32,000 nt of DNA from Methanosphaera stadtmanae DSM 3091 (GTDB lineage Archaea; Methanobacteriota; Methanobacteria; Methanobacteriales; Methanobacteriaceae). The stretch spans positions 810,001-842,000 of the forward strand of contig NC_007681.1 in NCBI RefSeq assembly GCF_000012545.1. The letters run 5' to 3'. Positions 27,865-32,000 of the stretch are shown here, piece after piece; the stretch's first letter is position 1, and every line of letters starts with the position of its first letter. The notes beneath the pieces are model-generated. The model was not told the origin of the DNA. It saw only the letters and a list, made by a program, of their open reading frames with translations, and searched no databases. The translations under genes and the position numbers were made by a program.

Positions 27865-28713
27865 TTACATCATTTTTTTGATTTTGGTGACAATATTTGT
27901 GACAGGTTTTTTTAGAAACATGTTTGATAAAAATGCTACAACTACACCTAAGATTATCAGAGTAATTAGATGGGTTCCAACGTAGTATTCATATAACTCT
28001 ACAGCAAATGAACCATATACAACTCCAAAGAGTGGACTTTCTAGAATACCTAAGAATAATCCGACAATGAATCCGGATATTGTTGCATTAATTTCATTAT
28101 CAATAGGTGCTGCACAGAATCCTACAGATAGTATAATAGCTATTATATATGCATACCATGATAGTTCCAACCATACTCCTATTATAGATAATACTATTGA
28201 CATTATTAAAGCTATAACAGCGGGTATTATTATGCTTACTAAATTAATTTTTTTTCCAATACTTGGATTTGATTCTTCTCTAGTTTTTATATTATCGTTT
28301 ATATGGGTTGAGTATTCTCGAGAATATCCTGTACTATTTTGATTATTTACTTTTGTTCCGCATGTTGGACAAAAGAGAGTGTTTTCTGGGATTGGTGTTC
28401 CACATTTTTCACATTTTAGTTCTTCTTCCTCTTCATATTCTTCGTCGAGTCTATTGCCACATAATGGACAAAGTATATTGTCTGAATATATTCTGGCACC
28501 ACAGTTTTTACAGGTCCGGGTAAGGGTTTGTTCTGATGAATTCTGTTCTTCTTCAGTTTTAAACTCTTGACTTTCATCAGATTCAGCCTTTTGGTTTTTA
28601 TCAGATTTGAATTCTTGATCTTCACCTGTTTTAATAGTGGCTAGTTTTCCGCAATTTGGACAACTTTCCATACCTTCTGGAATAGTTATTCCACAATTAT
28701 CACATTTAACCAT
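27865..28713 (-). CDS. membrane protein with three N-terminal zinc-ribbons, acidic linkers and about four C-terminal transmembrane helices
   Basis: Zinc-ribbons are MVKCDNCG...CPNCG, CKNCG...CPLCG and CEKCG...CPTCG. Hydrophobic segments run from about residue 160 to the C-terminus. Confidence 0.75.
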   Translation of the reverse strand: MVKCDNCGITIPEGMESCPNCGKLATIKTGEDQEFKSDKNQKAESDESQEFKTEEEQNSSEQTLTRTCKNCGARIYSDNILCPLCGNRLDEEYEEEEELKCEKCGTPIPENTLFCPTCGTKVNNQNSTGYSREYSTHINDNIKTREESNPSIGKKINLVSIIIPAVIALIMSIVLSIIGVWLELSWYAYIIAIILSVGFCAAPIDNEINATISGFIVGLFLGILESPLFGVVYGSFAVELYEYYVGTHLITLIILGVVVAFLSNMFLKKPVTNIVTKIKKMM

Positions 28714-28725
28714 AATGTTTCACCC

Positions 28726-29634
28726 CTATTCGAATAGTATTTTTTCTTTTATTTTATCAAATTCTTCTTGTGTAATAGAACCCATTTCTAGTAATTCCTG
28801 GTATTCCTTTATTTGCTGTGCTTTACTAGGTCCTGCGTCCTGGTTCTGGACAATGACTTGCTGTGGTCTGTCTCTTAATGATTCATATAATGCCACCAGG
28901 TCTTGACCGAATTCATAGCTTGGAAGTCTGATTTCATATGATGTGTTATCTACTAGTTTGATCATTAATCTGTCAAACATGTCTGCACTATCATTGTTTG
29001 CTATCATATCCTTGAATCTTGTTGCTTTAAGTGATTGGATTTTATTTTGAATGTTTCTTTTAATATCATGAGGGGATGTGAACATTCTTTTAGTGATATC
29101 TTCATATCTACTTTCATCACCGAGTCTTTTAGTTACCCTCATGGATACTATCTTGTCAAAGTAGAAGTTATTAATACCAGCATTTACTTTTTCCCAGTCA
29201 CGGTTGTCTATTTCCATGAAAACAAATTTATTATCCTTAATTAGGAAGAAACCATCATATCTGTTAGTATAATCAGGTCTAAGGTATATATTAAATGTTT
29301 TATGTTTAGCACGTATATCTTCTAATGCATTGAAACGTTTCATACTGGTAAGGAAGTAGTCTTCATCTTTGATTCCGAAGTCCTCTGCAAGTTTATCATA
29401 ACGTGCAAGAACTTCATTACGTTTAGCATTCCATTCTCTTTGTTTAGCAGAAATGGATGCACCATTTTCCAGTTTATAGCCACATTCACGACAGAAGTTT
29501 GTGTTTTTATCATTTTTTGCCCCGCATTTTGGACAAATATCTGATGGGGTCTCCGTTTTATCTACTTTTTCTCCACAATTGAAACAGAAATCTGACCCAA
29601 CGACTTCCGCTCCACAGTTAGGACACTTTACCAT
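28726..29634 (-). CDS. double zinc-ribbon protein with an uncharacterised central domain and a C-terminal SHOCT domain
   Basis: Zinc-ribbons are MVKCPNCG...CFNCG and CPKCG...CRECG. The C-terminus QQIKEYQELLEMGSITQEEFDKIKEKILFE fits the SHOCT consensus (L..L..G.It.eEF...K.klL). Confidence 0.7.
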   Translation of the reverse strand: MVKCPNCGAEVVGSDFCFNCGEKVDKTETPSDICPKCGAKNDKNTNFCRECGYKLENGASISAKQREWNAKRNEVLARYDKLAEDFGIKDEDYFLTSMKRFNALEDIRAKHKTFNIYLRPDYTNRYDGFFLIKDNKFVFMEIDNRDWEKVNAGINNFYFDKIVSMRVTKRLGDESRYEDITKRMFTSPHDIKRNIQNKIQSLKATRFKDMIANNDSADMFDRLMIKLVDNTSYEIRLPSYEFGQDLVALYESLRDRPQQVIVQNQDAGPSKAQQIKEYQELLEMGSITQEEFDKIKEKILFE

Positions 29635-29643
29635 AGTGAATCA

Positions 29644-30207
29644 CTAGTTACCTTCAAAATCTTTCAATGTCTTTTTAATTCTGTTTTCCCAGGATTTTTC
29701 TTCCATATCTTTAACAGTAGAATCCAGGTTACTTGAAACATTAGAAATAGAACTATTCAATGCATTAATCTTATTATCCATAATATCTAATTCTAATTTC
29801 ATGAATCCTTTTTCAATGTCCTTATATATTTGAGAATTATCCTCATTAATCATTTCAACATCTGACTGCTCATTAAGCATGTCCATTAATCTTAAAAATA
29901 CATGCTCCTGATGTTGTTTTTCATACTCCTTTATATCTGCACCACTATAGATCTTGTCTAATAACATCTTTATAACATTAATAAAATCCTGTCTATCAGA
30001 GTGGTCGTTAACATTATTTGGAAGAATATCTGTTTTAAGTAAAAATACAGAATCAATTTCTTCATTATTTTTTAAAACTAATGAGTATCCCTTTTGTTGA
30101 ATATAAACTAGAGTAATAAATTTATTATCATATATATCAAGTTCTACTTTACTAAATTCTTTTGGGATTGATAAATAATCCAAATTACGTACTAGCATTT
30201 TTATCAT
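29644..30207 (-). CDS. hypothetical protein with a coiled-coil-like C-terminal half, first gene of the zinc-ribbon operon
   Basis: A 187-aa ORF, 9 nt upstream of the next gene on the same strand. I recognised no family. Confidence 0.55.
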   Translation of the reverse strand: MIKMLVRNLDYLSIPKEFSKVELDIYDNKFITLVYIQQKGYSLVLKNNEEIDSVFLLKTDILPNNVNDHSDRQDFINVIKMLLDKIYSGADIKEYEKQHQEHVFLRLMDMLNEQSDVEMINEDNSQIYKDIEKGFMKLELDIMDNKINALNSSISNVSSNLDSTVKDMEEKSWENRIKKTLKDFEGN

Positions 30208-30590
30208 CTCTTTAACATAAACTTATAAAATCACTACTGTTATGATTAAAATAATGATTTTAATTTAATTCTTTTAGAATCAAAAACATTTTACTAAAAA
30301 TCATACATTTGTAGCTTCTATTTTTATTTTTATTACACACAAGATATAAACATTACCCTAAAACAGTTAATATCCACCATATAATTATATACTAGTCAAA
30401 ATTCAAATCCTCAAACAAAAAACAAGAAAGATAACCTTAACATAATTTCTTTACTAGTACATTCAAAAATAAAGGATTAAAATTTAGAAAATCATTAGTC
30501 TATCTATTATTATTTTTTATATTATAAACTTTCAATATTAAATAGAAGTGGTAAATATAAAATAAAACATATGACATATAATTTATATAT

Positions 30591-30923
30591 ATGAAAATAA
30601 TCAACTTAATTTGCCATAGAAATCCTAATAGAAGTTTTTTCATAAAAGGACATCAATTTCCAGTATGTATTCGCTGTACTGGATGTTACTTAGCAATATC
30701 ATTATATTTAATATACACATACTATTTTTACGTTGATTACACTATTTACTTGATAATAACAGCAATACTACTATTAATACCAATGGCTATAGATGGAACA
30801 ACACAATTACTAACAAATAGAATAAGTAATAATACACTACGATTCATCACAGGATTTTTAGGTGGATTAGGTTTATGTATAATTTTTAAAGCAACTAAAT
30901 ATTATATATACTTAACTATATAA
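30591..30923 (+). CDS. DUF2085-family membrane protein
   Basis: CHRNPNRSFFIKGHQFPVCIRCTGCYLA matches the DUF2085 signature (CHq.p.RSf...g..fPvCaRCtGiy). Transmembrane helices follow. Confidence 0.7.
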   Translation: MKIINLICHRNPNRSFFIKGHQFPVCIRCTGCYLAISLYLIYTYYFYVDYTIYLIITAILLLIPMAIDGTTQLLTNRISNNTLRFITGFLGGLGLCIIFKATKYYIYLTI

Positions 30924-30944
30924 TATAGGAGAAAATGAATAAAT

Positions 30945-31357
30945 ATGAGATTGAACACGAAAGATTGGGGTAAAGGTAAAAAAATAGCTCAACTCTAACA
31001 GTAATTTGTGTTTGTGTGTTTATCATTGCATTAATAGGTAGTGCATTATCACCAGATGCAAACACTAGTTCTAATACTGATACATTAAAACCATCACAAT
31101 ATATTAGCATGAATGATGTTGACATGGTTAATGGTAACGATAACCCAAACAACCAGGAAACAGAAGAAGGTACACGTACTGAAAATGTTATAACAACATT
31201 ATCCGATAGAAATATATATGCAACATGTTATGATGGTAATCATGATGGTCCTTATGCATTTAATAAGGAACAAGTACAAATGTTAGCATATTATAGTAAT
31301 AATACATTTAACTATTCAAAAATAGGTGTTATAACTCATGATGAATATGAAATATAA
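30945..31357 (+). pseudogene. small secreted or anchored protein, apparently frame-disrupted at an A7 tract (30978-30984); the tracked ORF is 31016-31357
   Basis: ATG 30945 gives MRLNTKDWGKGKKIAQL* (stop at 30996-30998). The frame of the tracked ORF is open from 30980 and reads KNSSTLTVICVCVFIIALIGSALSPDANT... Joined, the two form a normal basic n-region plus hydrophobic signal. The GTG at 31016 has no ribosome-binding site and would start inside the helix. Confidence 0.4.
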
Positions 31358-31535
31358 AGTTGTAGACCATGTATTTTTTGAAAATGGTACTGAAATGTCT
31401 GCTCCAACTGATGAAAATATGACTCATATATCTGGAATTATTGAAAAAGGTATTAAATACAGAGGTAATGGTCATATTAGTCAAACATTTGGTATGTCAG
31501 AACAAGAAGGTAATGACTACGTTGCCTCACATTAA
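31338..31535 (+). CDS. hypothetical 65-aa protein
   Basis: An ORF with an AGGTG ribosome-binding site 9 nt upstream of the ATG. It overlaps the previous gene by 20 nt. I recognised no family. Confidence 0.45.
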   Translation: MMNMKYKVVDHVFFENGTEMSAPTDENMTHISGIIEKGIKYRGNGHISQTFGMSEQEGNDYVASH

Positions 31536-31678
31536 ACTTCCTCTCCATTCTTCTTTTTTTTAATTCATGTTTCTTTTTAATAAATATACTTAATTTAATT
31601 ACTATATGTTTATACGTTAATTTATTTAAAGTTTGATTTTTTAATTTCTCACATCAATAAACATGTAGCTTTATTTGA

Positions 31679-32000
31679 TTATTCCTGTATTAAAGTGATT
31701 TCTTTAATTCTTTTAAACTCTTCATCGAAACTTACAAGAGTATCAATATTAAATGCTTTCATAGTTAGTATTATACTAGAATCAGTGAAACTTAATTTAG
31801 TTTTATTTGAATTGACTCCAATATATGTTTCAAAGATTTTAAATGTTTCTGATGTATAATTTACTATTTCATATTCATTTAAGACATTGAACGTATCAAT
31901 TAAGCTATAGTAGACTTCTCTAGCAGAATCAATATTTAAGTTTCTTCCAGTTAATGTTAATACTTCATTTAATACATTATTGTTGATATAACATTCTTCA
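31679..32000 (-). CDS. PIN-domain (VapC-like) ribonuclease; 5' end lies outside the window
   Basis: The minus strand is open from the window edge to TAA (31681-31679). It is not in the ORF track because there is no Met in the window. The translation is ...NNNVLNEVLTLTGRNL...KLSFTDSSIILTMKAFNIDTLVSFDEEFKRIKEITLIQE*, carrying the conserved E, (s/t)D and sFD.dF acidic positions of PIN domains. Confidence 0.7.
   Translation of the reverse strand, partial: EECYINNNVLNEVLTLTGRNLNIDSAREVYYSLIDTFNVLNEYEIVNYTSETFKIFETYIGVNSNKTKLSFTDSSIILTMKAFNIDTLVSFDEEFKRIKEITLIQE

Noticed and set aside
285-28906. Other tracked shadow ORFs overlapping confidently called genes on the opposite strand or in another frame: 285-647, 2369-2605, 3095-3280, 7326-7556, 7549-7761, 8187-8393, 16369-16644, 18759-18947, 22279-22584, 22780-22983, 24031-24237, 24284-24466, 25795-25986, 26005-26199, 26188-26640, 26424-26645, 28067-28342, 28308-28523, 28379-28570, 28416-28625, 28637-28906, 29035-29244, 30916-31152
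   Set aside because: Each lies within, or mostly within, a longer ORF that has family motifs or a good start context. The translations are low-complexity and hydrophobic, as expected from AT-rich non-coding frames.
31335-31357. Possible frameshift fusing ORF 31016-31357 with ORF 31338-31535
   Set aside because: The downstream ORF has its own AGGTG ribosome-binding site 9 nt before its ATG. Its frame opens only at 31335, and no homopolymer lies at the junction. Two overlapping genes is the simpler reading.

Overview
The window is very AT-rich, with short GGAGG/GGTG-type ribosome-binding sites and TATA-like promoter elements, which fits an archaeal methanogen. My best guess, an inference only, is a Methanosphaera-like member of the Methanobacteriales. 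Three things point that way: a 2151-aa Asn/Thr-rich surface protein like the family described in Methanosphaera stadtmanae, a small Dsr-like sulfite reductase, and a DUF2180 zinc-ribbon gene. I saw no rRNA, tRNA, CRISPR array, transposase or integrase.

Layout:
- 1-3.0 kb: small conserved genes (HhH protein 3' end, HAD hydrolase, TIGR04076-like, DUF1802-like, Dsr-like sulfite reductase).
- 3.1-8.4 kb: an accessory, conflict-type island. It holds an interrupted GHKL ATPase plus a STAS-like DUF4325 pair, a RelE toxin with an oversized upstream partner, and a coupled TIGR04255-like/unknown/HEPN operon. It also contains a 560-bp stop-dense spacer with a strong hairpin.
- 8.0-15.5 kb: secreted Asn/Thr-rich proteins, including the giant four-module beta-helix adhesin-like gene with a C9 tract upstream.
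- 15.9-20.2 kb: SDR oxidoreductase, acyltransferase-3, DUF2180, and a 3-hydroxyacyl-CoA dehydrogenase/TetR operon with a palindromic operator candidate.
- 20.6-21.6 kb: an acidic secreted protein with near-perfect 126-135-bp tandem repeats.
- 21.9-25.0 kb: a ppx-ppk1 operon, with ppx frame-disrupted.
- 25.3-27.3 kb: a CPA2/Kef-type antiporter.
- 27.4-32 kb: a DUF4268-like gene remnant, an uncharacterised operon (coiled-coil protein, zinc-ribbon/SHOCT protein, zinc-ribbon membrane protein), DUF2085, small secreted proteins, and a partial PIN (VapC-like) gene.

Three genes look frame-disrupted at or near short A/T homopolymers. These could be decay, phase variation or sequencing error.

The best candidates for an undescribed system are the GHKL+STAS pair, the TIGR04255/HEPN operon and the zinc-ribbon/SHOCT/membrane operon. 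All family assignments are motif recognition by eye, not database searches.
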